DNA from: an uncultured virus (IMG/VR IMGVR_UViG_3300046808_000578)
Taxonomy: Duplodnaviria; Heunggongvirae; Uroviricota; Caudoviricetes
IMG/VR virus record: IMGVR_UViG_3300046808_000578
Direction: 5' to 3' (one strand)
DNA length: 20,000 nt
Below the pieces are notes generated by a model. The model searched no databases, was not told the DNA's origin, and saw only the letters and a list, made by a program, of their open reading frames with translations. Position 1 is the first letter of the stretch, and the number at the start of each line of letters is the position of its first letter. Positions 1 through 8,167 of the stretch are shown one piece after another. The position numbers and the translations under genes are program-made.

Positions 1-1693
1 TGGTGGTTGCCCCCATGATAGCAGGTCTATGAGCAGCCCCAGAAGCACCAAATCCAAACCGCGTCTGGCATAACAACACCAACATCAAAGCCGCATCCGC
101 CAAGTCTGGGGACTTACCGAAGTGAGACTTCATCTGTTCCTTCGGCTCCACACACAACTTGGAATTCCTCTCGTAGAATTTGCGAGCGCACAGTTCCTTG
201 GCAAGATCTGGAGAAATACCGCCGATCTGCCGCCCTCGTAACAACTGTTTGGCGGAGAACCAAATCTCAGATACCCGGTTGGTGTACCGTTCCTTGGAGG
301 GAGTGTTGTCACTGATGGATGCTGGACGCTCCGAAGCTCCACCTCCGAATGAAATGCGGTGCACTTTGTCTGACCAAACCACACGCACCACATCCCCGAA
401 GGTAATCCCCGCCCCAGTGGCATCAAACGCCGCATTCTCGGGACGCACTTCTCTATCCTCGCACAACTTCCGAAACTTCTTGGCAATTTGATACGACCTA
501 GGCTCGTGTTTGTTTGTTACGTCCTCGTTCAAAATCTCGTACCCGTCGAAATTGATGGCTGGAAGCCCGTCTTTGTTGGTTCCGTACGTTCCGAAATAGA
601 GCACCGACCTGTCCCCTCCGTTCGTAAACGCTGGATCCAAAGCAGCTACTTTCGTCCCCGGTGAGGCCCACACGATGGGTTTGTCCGCCTCGAACTTAAT
701 GAAATCCGACTCTGAGTAGATCCGATCTTCACTGGCTTCAGGGCAAAAGAACCCCCGCATCATTCGGAAAAACCTAGCCGAGTTTGGATCGTTCGCCTTC
801 AAAGCCTCATCGATCTTCTGTTGAGTCGGCAAGAACGGGAACAGTGTTTTCCCAGCTAGGACGTTCGGTGACTTCAGAGCATCAAAGTGTACCGCCACGC
901 CGAAATTCGTCTCCCACCGCTCAGAGTCCACATTGATGGATGCCCACCCTGCTTTGGGTTCAATCAACCTACCAAACGGATCGTAGTAAGACGCCGGGTT
1001 CGACAGCCCCACAAATTGGAAATATGGGTTGGACGTCAAGTTCCCCCCGGGAAACGCCACCTCTCCAATTGAGTCTGTGAGCTCCGACAACTCATCGGCG
1101 ATCAAAAACACTCTCTTGTTCTTGAGACCGATCATCTTCGAGATCGCGTCCTTCTCTTGGCTTCTCTCACAAGGCACCAGCACCAAACCGCACTTGTCGG
1201 AAAACTTGTTGCCACCAGTCCCATCGTCCAACCGGATCAATCCTTGGCTGTCCACAAGCTTGCCGGGTAGCCCCGGCACTGCCTGCCAGAACTGGACCAC
1301 ACTGCCCCAAATACGCTGCCGGGCGCTCTTCAGCGTAGTAGACACGAGGATCACCATCGTCGCATTGGGGGCGCACAGAAAATTAACGATCCCCCAGATC
1401 GCCGCCAACTCGGTCTTACCGGAGGACGCACACCCAGCGGCTCCAACATATCTCTCCGCGCACAATGCCTCCAAAAGCTCTTCAGCCCACGGGTGCCACA
1501 CGAACTTCTTAACTTTGTTGTGCTTACCCCAAAGGTAGTTCACCACATTCTTGAAATGCTGGGCTTTTCCAAGGCCCCCACTTTCAACGGTGAACCCTTC
1601 TCGAAAGGCGTACAGCTCGATGTTCAAAGGGTCGAACCCCTCTCGAAACACCCGCCCGTACTTTTGAGGTCGGTTATCTACGGGTTGCGTCAT
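1..1693 (-). CDS. terL: Terminase large subunit (3' end runs off the window; about 564 codons visible)
   Basis: Manual translation from ATG at 1693 (MTQPVDNRPQKYGRVF...) stays open to position 2. Walker A GCASSGKT, Walker B FLIADELSE, coupling motif GLSNP, RNase H-like nuclease motifs AALDPAFTNGGDRSVL and KSPDLADA. Confidence 0.9.
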   Translation of the reverse strand, partial: MTQPVDNRPQKYGRVFREGFDPLNIELYAFREGFTVESGGLGKAQHFKNVVNYLWGKHNKVKKFVWHPWAEELLEALCAERYVGAAGCASSGKTELAAIWGIVNFLCAPNATMVILVSTTLKSARQRIWGSVVQFWQAVPGLPGKLVDSQGLIRLDDGTGGNKFSDKCGLVLVPCERSQEKDAISKMIGLKNKRVFLIADELSELTDSIGEVAFPGGNLTSNPYFQFVGLSNPASYYDPFGRLIEPKAGWASINVDSERWETNFGVAVHFDALKSPNVLAGKTLFPFLPTQQKIDEALKANDPNSARFFRMMRGFFCPEASEDRIYSESDFIKFEADKPIVWASPGTKVAALDPAFTNGGDRSVLYFGTYGTNKDGLPAINFDGYEILNEDVTNKHEPRSYQIAKKFRKLCEDREVRPENAAFDATGAGITFGDVVRVVWSDKVHRISFGGGASERPASISDNTPSKERYTNRVSEIWFSAKQLLRGRQIGGISPDLAKELCARKFYERNSKLCVEPKEQMKSHFGKSPDLADAALMLVLLCQTRFGFGASGAAHRPAIMGATT

Positions 1694-1717
1694 GAATTAA
1701 GAACAACCTCATGTATA

Positions 1718-1777
1718 GAAACCCTCCAAAGGTTTCAACCCGAATGTAGAAACTGGTAAGATTTTTCTTCCAGTTTC
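1718..1777. repeat. Two inverted repeats in the divergent terL/integrase intergenic region (candidate attP core or operator)
   Basis: GAAACC-ctccaaa-GGTTTC (1718-1736, 7-bp spacer) and GAAACTGG...CCAGTTTC (1749-1777); both left arms read TAGAAAC. Confidence 0.45.
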
Positions 1778-1803
1778 GTTAAATTGGTCTATGGTGCTTG
1801 GAC

Positions 1804-2916
1804 ATGACAACATTCCCTATCATCCTGAAATCAAAGTTTGGAGAGGTAAAGATTTACCGTTGTAAGAACAAAGGAAACCTAGAAACCCACACCGTGTGTT
1901 GGAAGAGCCACGGTGGTCGTAAACGAGAAAACCACTCGGAAATCCAAGCAGCGCAGGCAAGGGCCAAGGAGATCATCGAAGACCTCAACAAGGGTAGGAT
2001 TGAACGATCCGAGACATCCACCGAGAAGTTTGTCTACTACCGAATGTGCGAAGACATGCTTGGTAACGTATCCCTGCTCGAAGCTGTGCAGTTCTACCTG
2101 AAGCACAACAGCTCAGATATCCGAGAAATCACCGTTCCACAGATCGTGGGCATGTTCTACTCGGCACAAGCCCAGAAAATTGGCACCGAAAACAGAAACC
2201 TGCTCACCATCCGCCACCATTTGAACCGGATCGAAAGGACATTCCTCGGAAGGTTCAACGGGGTAACCACTGAGGATCTTGATCATTACATCAACGCAAT
2301 CGGGAACTGTGGCCGCACCAAGATCAACCATAGGAGAACCCTCATCGCATTGTGGTCATGGGCGCAGGATAGAGGATACGCCCCGGCAGGAAAAACAGTG
2401 GCACAGGCCACAATGGTTCCGAAGGTGGGTGTAAAGAACCCGGGGATCATAACCCCTGATGCCATGCGGGAAGTGCTGTCCAAAGCGGGTGATGACATTC
2501 TACCTATGCTCGCACTGGGCGGGTTCGCAGGTATCCGCTCCGCAGAAATTGCGAGGCTCAGGTGGGAAGACTTCAACTGGTCGGAAGGGTTCATCGTGCT
2601 TTCGTCGGAGATCACAAAACGGCAACGCAGACGTATGGTCCCACTCACACCACAACTCGTGAAGTTGTTGGGAAAATTCAAGGAGTGCACGGGGCCCGTG
2701 CTGACCGTGGATCCCTACAAAGCAATATCGAAAATCACAGAGTCGTGGGTTCACAACGGACTGCGGCATTCGTACATAAGCTACGCGATGGCGCTGCACA
2801 AAAATGCCGCGATGATCGCCGAGTACTGCGGTAACTCGGAAGCCGAAGTGCAACGGTCATACAAGGCACTGGTTACCGAAAAACAGGCAAACGAGTGGTT
2901 TGACCTTGAAAAATAG
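1804..2916 (+). CDS. int: Tyrosine recombinase / phage integrase
   Basis: GGFAGIRSAEIARLRW (Arg I), ITKRQRRR (Lys), NGLRHSYISY (Arg II), CGNSE and C-terminal RSY tyrosine; N-terminal arm-binding-like and core-binding regions. Alternative TTG start at 1798. Confidence 0.9.
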   Translation: MTTFPIILKSKFGEVKIYRCKNKGNLETHTVCWKSHGGRKRENHSEIQAAQARAKEIIEDLNKGRIERSETSTEKFVYYRMCEDMLGNVSLLEAVQFYLKHNSSDIREITVPQIVGMFYSAQAQKIGTENRNLLTIRHHLNRIERTFLGRFNGVTTEDLDHYINAIGNCGRTKINHRRTLIALWSWAQDRGYAPAGKTVAQATMVPKVGVKNPGIITPDAMREVLSKAGDDILPMLALGGFAGIRSAEIARLRWEDFNWSEGFIVLSSEITKRQRRRMVPLTPQLVKLLGKFKECTGPVLTVDPYKAISKITESWVHNGLRHSYISYAMALHKNAAMIAEYCGNSEAEVQRSYKALVTEKQANEWFDLEK

Positions 2917-2944
2917 TGAAAATTCATGCCTACTCCGAATAGAA

Positions 2945-3298
2945 ATGCAACGGACTCCTAAAATCGTACTGCAAGCGAATGGCTCATTCCGAGTCACAGC
3001 TTTGCCGGATGGGAAAGTTCAAATCGAACTCGAAGAAGTAATCGGTGTGGACACCACCGTGCACGATACGATCTACGACAAACAGGGGGTAGCAAAACGC
3101 TTGCTTACTACCACTCGTAGTATCGACAACTTCATGCGGCAAAAGAATAACCCGCTGCCGTATAGCAAGGCGACCGGACACCCTAGGTTCCGGGAATCTG
3201 ACATTCAACGCTGGTTGCAGGAGGGGCAGTCGTTGAGTGCGAAGCGAAGCAAACATACCCTCACAAACCTCAACCCATATCCAGAAAATGCCTCTTAA
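2945..3298 (+). CDS. Excisionase-like winged helix-turn-helix protein
   Basis: IYDKQGVAKRLLTTTRSIDNFMRQ...LPYSK...PRFRESDIQRWL fits the Xis/MerR-like HTH pattern; directly downstream of the integrase; ATG at 2945 preferred over TTG at 2900. Confidence 0.7.
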   Translation: MQRTPKIVLQANGSFRVTALPDGKVQIELEEVIGVDTTVHDTIYDKQGVAKRLLTTTRSIDNFMRQKNNPLPYSKATGHPRFRESDIQRWLQEGQSLSAKRSKHTLTNLNPYPENAS

Positions 3299-3422
3299 AA
3301 AATCCGCATCAGCCAAAGCGTTCAAACAGAACATCAAAACTGAAATGCAACGCGGCAAACCCCAAAAGCAAGCTGTCGCAATCGCATACGCAACACAGCG
3401 TGCCGCGAAGAAAAAGAAGTGA
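3288..3422 (+). CDS. Small basic phage protein (44 aa, MPLKKS...GKPQKQAVAIAY type)
   Basis: ATG at 3288 overlapping the previous gene; very Lys-rich; I recognise the GKPQKQAVAIA motif from other phage hypothetical proteins. Confidence 0.75.
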   Translation: MPLKKSASAKAFKQNIKTEMQRGKPQKQAVAIAYATQRAAKKKK

Positions 3423-3637
3423 GCTCAATTGTCTTGAGAGGGGGTCATCCGATGAGTACCGTCCCAACTCCTATGACATTTGAGCAAGTACTGCAAAACG
3501 CCGAGCGGGCTTTCGAGAACAACGACCCGATCGATAAATTCACGGTGCTGCAGTTGATTCAAGAAATATACAAATTGAGATCTATAATCGAGCTTAGTAA
3601 TAAAAATGATAATTCTAGCAATCGACCCCGGAGCTAA
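3419..3637 (+). CDS. Hypothetical protein
   Basis: GTGA start/stop overlap with the upstream gene; fills the gap in the operon; the true start could be a downstream ATG. Confidence 0.55.
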   Translation: MSSIVLRGGHPMSTVPTPMTFEQVLQNAERAFENNDPIDKFTVLQLIQEIYKLRSIIELSNKNDNSSNRPRS

Positions 3638-4055
3638 CGGCGGTATCGCAATCGACGCAGATGGGGTAGTGGGGCATCAAAAACTCCCATCCACTGACGG
3701 GGATCTACTCAACCTGTTATCGGGGTATGGTGGTGAAAAGAAAAAGGCGTATCTAGAAAACATCGTAAAATACGCTGGTACAAATATGCCGTCATCGTCG
3801 ATGGCTGTGTACGCTTCCTCTTGGGGAGTGATCAAAGGGATGCTGATGGCGCTAGGGTTTGAACTGATCTTGGTCAAACCTCAAGATTGGCAGAAGGCTC
3901 TCGGGCTTGGAACTTCCAAGGGGATGAGTAAAACGGAGTGGAAGAACAAACTCAAAGGAGAAGCGCAAAGGTTGTACCCCGGAGCCGATGTAACCTTGGC
4001 TACGGCGGATGCGCTTCTGATGCTACGAGCAGCTAAGAACAACCGGATTGGATGA
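3606..4055 (+). CDS. RuvC-like Holliday junction resolvase
   Basis: N-terminal ILAIDPGANGGIA, AYLE, VKPQDWQK and C-terminal ADALLM acidic residues of the RNase H-fold RuvC family. Confidence 0.85.
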   Translation: MIILAIDPGANGGIAIDADGVVGHQKLPSTDGDLLNLLSGYGGEKKKAYLENIVKYAGTNMPSSSMAVYASSWGVIKGMLMALGFELILVKPQDWQKALGLGTSKGMSKTEWKNKLKGEAQRLYPGADVTLATADALLMLRAAKNNRIG

Positions 4056-6463
4056 AGTCGCTGTACCCGGTACAGGTTGCTCACGCCGATAAGCTAGAGC
4101 AAGCCCTGAGGCAGTGTCGCGCAGCATTGGACGCATCCGAGACTGGGTGCGGTAAAACGGTAGTAGCCGTAGAATTGGCGAACAGATTGAAGCTGCCGAC
4201 AGTGGTGGTTTGCCCAAAGGCAACTATCCCGGCATGGCGTAAAGAGCTCGATCAGAAAGGGCTCAAAGCCACAGTCATCAACTACGAGAAGCTCAAGACT
4301 GGTAATACCCATCTCGGTAGGTTCATGCAACGCCGATGGGAGTGGACCTTCGTCACCAACTCCGAGGCTCTGATTATCTGGGATGAAGTGCAGAGATGCA
4401 TGAGCATGTCGTCTCAGAACAGCAAGATGCTGGTTGGATCCAAGAAACTCTACAACCTGATGCTGTCAGCAACAGCGGCAGAAGATCCTACCGAGATGAA
4501 AGCCCTTGGGTACATCCTCGGGATTCATCAGATCAAGGACTACTGGAACTGGCTCAGAAAACACGGATGCAAACCCAACCCTTGGGGCGGCATGGAGTTC
4601 AAGGGAGGTCCGAAGGAGTTGATGAAAATCCACGATCAGATTTTCAACAACGGGAAAGGATCCCGACTCAAGGTCGAGAACATGCGGGAACACTTCGGGG
4701 AGTCGCAAGTGATCACCGAACCAATCGACTTCGGAGACGAAGGCGAAATCCAGAAGCTGTACGCGGCCATGGATGAGGAGATCACCGAACTGAACTCCCA
4801 GATGCAGGACGACAAGAACGGGGCTGAAGGGTTGGTGAAGCAGCTCAGAGCAAGGCAAGCCGTCGAACTACTCAAGATCCCGTACATCGTCGAAGCCGCC
4901 GAGGAGGCACTGAAGGAAAAACGCAGCGTTGCCATATTCGTCAACTTCAACGCCAGCGTAGACGCTCTGGCCGAAAGGTTGGGGACGGACTGCTTCATCC
5001 GAGGAGGGCAGTCGGACTGCGAACGCCAAAACGCGATACACCAATTCCAGTCAGGAACACGCAGGGTCATCATCTGCAACATCGCCGCTGGTGGTACTGG
5101 GGTATCACTCCACGACGAACAGGGCACCCACCCAAGAACGGCGCTTATCAGCCCAAGCTTCAACGCAAAAGAACTGCTGCAAGTCATGGGACGAGTTCAC
5201 CGGGCTGGGGGAAAAAGCACCTCATTGCAGCGGATCCTGTTCGCCGCAGGTACAATCGAAGAGAAGATTGAGGAGTCCATCCGAAAAAAGCTGAAAAACC
5301 TTGAAATCTTTAACCAAGGAGGCTTGACATCTTCCACTGAAGAACCTAATAAACAGGACACACAAATGCATAACATCGAGACAAAAACAGAACCTGATCA
5401 TCAAAGTAGAGCACACGCAAGGTACTCTCCGTCGAGCCTGACTTACCGCGAAATCTGCCCCGGCTGGGAGAACGACAACGACCCAGACAGAGACACGACT
5501 GCTGCGGACGAAGGTACCCGGTGTCACGAGGCAATGGAGAAAGAGTCCACGGTAGGTCTGACGGAGGAGCAAACGCTCATCGTCGAGATGTGCCTTGGTT
5601 ACATCAACGACTTGAAGACACCCACAACCAAAGTCTTCAAAGAAACCCGCCTGAAGATCTTGGATCAGTTTGGGACTGCTGACTGGGTGCTGCTCAACGG
5701 GACGAAGGCACACCTCGTAGACACCAAGTTTGGCAGAAGGTCTGTACCTGACGCTGAAGTCAACGCACAGCTTCAGGCTTACGCGATTGGAGTGTGGGAC
5801 AAATGGCCAGAGATTGACACCATTACGGTGCACATCCTGTTGCCTAGGAGAGACGAGGTAAGCACCCACACCTTCTCACGTGGTTCGGACTACTCAAATA
5901 TCCGCCTGCGCATTCAGACGATCATCGCCCGCGCAAAACAAGCCCTGCCAGAGTTCTTCAATCCAACCCCATCCGGATGCACCTACTGCGGAAGGAAAGG
6001 TAAGTGCGGAGCCCTTGCAGCCGTGGCCCTCAAAAAAGCAAAAGAGGCAACGCTGGAAAAAGATGAGATTCTGGACCCATCAAAACCAGAACAGATTTCG
6101 GAGTTCCTACGTATTGCGCCGATCCTTGAAGACTGGATCAAGAAGGTTCGAGAAGAAGCCCTGCGTGTGCACTTGTACGAAGGTGTGGAAATCCCGGGCT
6201 TTCGATGCGTAGATCGATCCACTCCGAGAACCATCACAAGCCCAATGGGGGCGTGGTCAATCCTTCAAGACAAGATGTCCTTGGACGACTTCATGGCATC
6301 TGTGTCGCGAGTTTCAATTACGGAGCTCGAAAAAAATTTCTCAGCGTCTGCTGAAAAAGGCCAGAAAGGCAAGAGTAAGCAGCAGCTAGAAAATCTTCTT
6401 AGAGATGCGGGTGTGCTCAAAGAAGAATCAACCATCAAATACCTGAAACCAATCAAAGACTGA
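4052..6463 (+). CDS. SF2 (SNF2-like) helicase fused to a Cas4-like/DUF2800-type PD-(D/E)XK exonuclease
   Basis: Residues 1-425: SETGCGKT, IIWDEVQ, LSAT, QVMGRVHRAG. Residues 439-803: YSPSS..ICPG, GTRCHE, GTAD..LVDTKFG, QLQAYA, CTYCGRKGKC (1+3 Cys pattern). Confidence 0.85.
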   Translation: MKSLYPVQVAHADKLEQALRQCRAALDASETGCGKTVVAVELANRLKLPTVVVCPKATIPAWRKELDQKGLKATVINYEKLKTGNTHLGRFMQRRWEWTFVTNSEALIIWDEVQRCMSMSSQNSKMLVGSKKLYNLMLSATAAEDPTEMKALGYILGIHQIKDYWNWLRKHGCKPNPWGGMEFKGGPKELMKIHDQIFNNGKGSRLKVENMREHFGESQVITEPIDFGDEGEIQKLYAAMDEEITELNSQMQDDKNGAEGLVKQLRARQAVELLKIPYIVEAAEEALKEKRSVAIFVNFNASVDALAERLGTDCFIRGGQSDCERQNAIHQFQSGTRRVIICNIAAGGTGVSLHDEQGTHPRTALISPSFNAKELLQVMGRVHRAGGKSTSLQRILFAAGTIEEKIEESIRKKLKNLEIFNQGGLTSSTEEPNKQDTQMHNIETKTEPDHQSRAHARYSPSSLTYREICPGWENDNDPDRDTTAADEGTRCHEAMEKESTVGLTEEQTLIVEMCLGYINDLKTPTTKVFKETRLKILDQFGTADWVLLNGTKAHLVDTKFGRRSVPDAEVNAQLQAYAIGVWDKWPEIDTITVHILLPRRDEVSTHTFSRGSDYSNIRLRIQTIIARAKQALPEFFNPTPSGCTYCGRKGKCGALAAVALKKAKEATLEKDEILDPSKPEQISEFLRIAPILEDWIKKVREEALRVHLYEGVEIPGFRCVDRSTPRTITSPMGAWSILQDKMSLDDFMASVSRVSITELEKNFSASAEKGQKGKSKQQLENLLRDAGVLKEESTIKYLKPIKD
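5324..5352 (+). promoter_or_regulatory. Candidate internal sigma70-type promoter in the helicase-nuclease linker
   Basis: Perfect TTGACA (5324-5329), 17-bp spacer, TAATAA (5347-5352); in-frame ATG at 5366 after an AC-rich leader. Confidence 0.4.
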
Positions 6464-6469
6464 TACATT

Positions 6470-7213
6470 ATGGCCATCACATCGTTCAAAAAAGCAACCG
6501 TTGAAGTAGACGCGGAAGTTGTTTCGCAGGAAACAGCCGTCGCAAAAACTCCAGAGCCGACTCCATCCACCGCATTGGTGGTGCAGCAATCCACAGCAAA
6601 CAACGGGATCGAGGGGGAGATTTCTCGGCACGACATCAAGCTGCCGCGCATCAACCTCGTGCAGAAGGTCGGAGATCTGAGCAACCTCTTCACACCGGGG
6701 ATGTTCCTCTTCAACAAAGAAGTCGTCCTCTCAAACGGTAAGACTCCGTTTCAAACCACCGTTCTTCGTCTGAAAAAGCAGTACCAGCAAGATCTGCCGT
6801 ACGGCTCAGAAGATATGCCACAGTCGTACGATACCGCTGAAGAAGTCATTTCTTCAGGTGGCTCCCTCAAATACGGTGATGACAACTACTACAAGGAGAT
6901 TGCCCACGTTCAGTTGGCGATCGAGAAACCCTCTGACTGCCCTGAGGAACTGGAAGGGTTGTTCCCACACGAACTGAACGACAAGCAGTACGGAGTGGCG
7001 ATCTGGACTCTCACAGGATCCGCATTCACTTCCGCTGGGAAAACGCTGATCACCGCAGGGTACACGCTGCTAAAAGCAGGTCTTCACCATGGGAAATTCT
7101 CGGTCACCAGCGAGATCAAGAAGAACGCCAAGAACTCGTGGTTTGCTCCAGTACTTAAGTTCGCTGGTAAACATACCCCGGAAGAAATCGCGTTCTTTGA
7201 ATCCATCAAGTAA
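6470..7213 (+). CDS. Putative ssDNA-binding/annealing protein
   Basis: Position between exonuclease and polymerase; DIKLPRINLVQ motif and beta-rich C-terminus (KKNAKNSWFAPVLKF) like phage SSB-type proteins; function inferred. Confidence 0.5.
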   Translation: MAITSFKKATVEVDAEVVSQETAVAKTPEPTPSTALVVQQSTANNGIEGEISRHDIKLPRINLVQKVGDLSNLFTPGMFLFNKEVVLSNGKTPFQTTVLRLKKQYQQDLPYGSEDMPQSYDTAEEVISSGGSLKYGDDNYYKEIAHVQLAIEKPSDCPEELEGLFPHELNDKQYGVAIWTLTGSAFTSAGKTLITAGYTLLKAGLHHGKFSVTSEIKKNAKNSWFAPVLKFAGKHTPEEIAFFESIK

Positions 7214-7773
7214 TGAACTCAACGCTCATGACTGACCAAATCAAAACGCTGGTTAGCTTGATGACTCAAGTGCGGGATAAGACTTGCGTGGAAGTACGAA
7301 ACAAATCCCTCATGGAGTTCGTACAGACGTATGGTCTAAGCGGACCTGAGTTCGATGAAGTACTCGCATCAGCTCTGGCAACAAAAGGCTTCGATAAGGG
7401 TAAGCCCTTTACCACTACGCTGAATCAGGAAACGCGAATAGTAACGTACTCGCAGAAAAATGACAGTGATTTGCTTCTCGACAAAATCTGTGAGGCATAC
7501 GATATCACCACAGACATGGGTCGATTGGCCCTTAAAGAAGCTCTGAAAAACCTGAATCTGTTTGACCGTAAACAACGGGATTACGGAAGTGGGAACATTG
7601 CAGACTTCGGTGAGATGGGTGTCTTGATTCGACTGAACGATAAGATCAATCGGCTCAAGAACCTTCTCAAATCGCAAGCATCGGCAAACTTCGAGTCCGT
7701 GTCCGATACTTGGGATGACATCTCGAATTACGGACTCATTGGTAAACTATGCAACCTGAAGTTATGGAAGTGA
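7213..7773 (+). CDS. Nucleotide modification associated domain 1 (Nmad1/DUF1599) protein with N-terminal extension
   Basis: C-terminal LFDRKQRDYG...GVLIRLNDKINRLKNL...ESVSDTWDDISNYGLIG is the characteristic DUF1599 pattern. Confidence 0.8.
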   Translation: MNSTLMTDQIKTLVSLMTQVRDKTCVEVRNKSLMEFVQTYGLSGPEFDEVLASALATKGFDKGKPFTTTLNQETRIVTYSQKNDSDLLLDKICEAYDITTDMGRLALKEALKNLNLFDRKQRDYGSGNIADFGEMGVLIRLNDKINRLKNLLKSQASANFESVSDTWDDISNYGLIGKLCNLKLWK

Positions 7774-8015
7774 TCATCGACTCCAACATCGAAATCCCGG
7801 CACAGGAAACTCGTGGCCGTTGGAAAAAGGCGCACGCCAAGTACCCAATGTCGAAGCTGAACGTCAAAGACTCGTTCTGGGTACCCAAAGCGCAGGGCCC
7901 CTCAATGCGGTGCACGGCATCTCGGTTTAAGCGGCAGAACCCGGGGTGGAACTACACCGTCCGGTCTGAACAGAACGCAGGAGAAGACGGTTGCCGTATC
8001 TGGCGTACAGCCTAA
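7764..8015 (+). CDS. Small conserved phage protein, possibly DNA-binding
   Basis: IDSNIEIP...KYPMSKLNVKDSFWVP...YTVR...GCRIWR pattern common in phage small proteins; ATG at 7764 overlapping the upstream gene. Confidence 0.7.
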   Translation: MEVIIDSNIEIPAQETRGRWKKAHAKYPMSKLNVKDSFWVPKAQGPSMRCTASRFKRQNPGWNYTVRSEQNAGEDGCRIWRTA

Positions 8016-8023
8016 ACAAATCC

Positions 8024-8157
8024 GGGGTTTGCTCGTATAGTGTCGTAGGAGATCTACGAACAGGTTACCTCAGTTGTGTTGTGCTGGGGTAGGGACGCGC
8101 GGAGTGGGTCCGCATAATCTCTTAACCGTTGTTAAATCGAGCAAACCCCCTTTTTTT
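8024..8157 (+). ncRNA. Putative multibranch structured small RNA or leader followed by a U7 tract
   Basis: Perfect 12-bp closing stem 8024-8035/8138-8149 enclosing four hairpins (8043-8059, 8065-8092, 8099-8113, 8122-8135); G-U pairs favour the plus-strand RNA. Confidence 0.6.
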
Positions 8158-8167
8158 ACCCTAATAC

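Noticed and set aside
1593..1648. 15-bp near-direct repeat GAACCC(T/C)TCTCGAAA
   Set aside because: It encodes a repeated FREGF peptide in the TerL N-terminus; only two copies, no evidence of a separate element
130..1759. Several short ORFs in the track on both strands
   Set aside because: They are shadows of the long minus-strand terL frame, which the track missed because it has no stop inside the window
5366..6463. CRISPR-Cas system suggested by the Cas4-like domain and the repeats
   Set aside because: No regularly spaced repeat-spacer array and no other cas genes; stand-alone Cas4-like nucleases are common in phage replication modules
8024..8157. tRNA or simple terminator interpretation of the cloverleaf-like region
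   Set aside because: The 12-bp closing stem, four inner arms and lack of T-loop/D-loop consensus rule out a tRNA; the roughly 100-nt enclosed region is too large for a standard terminator hairpin
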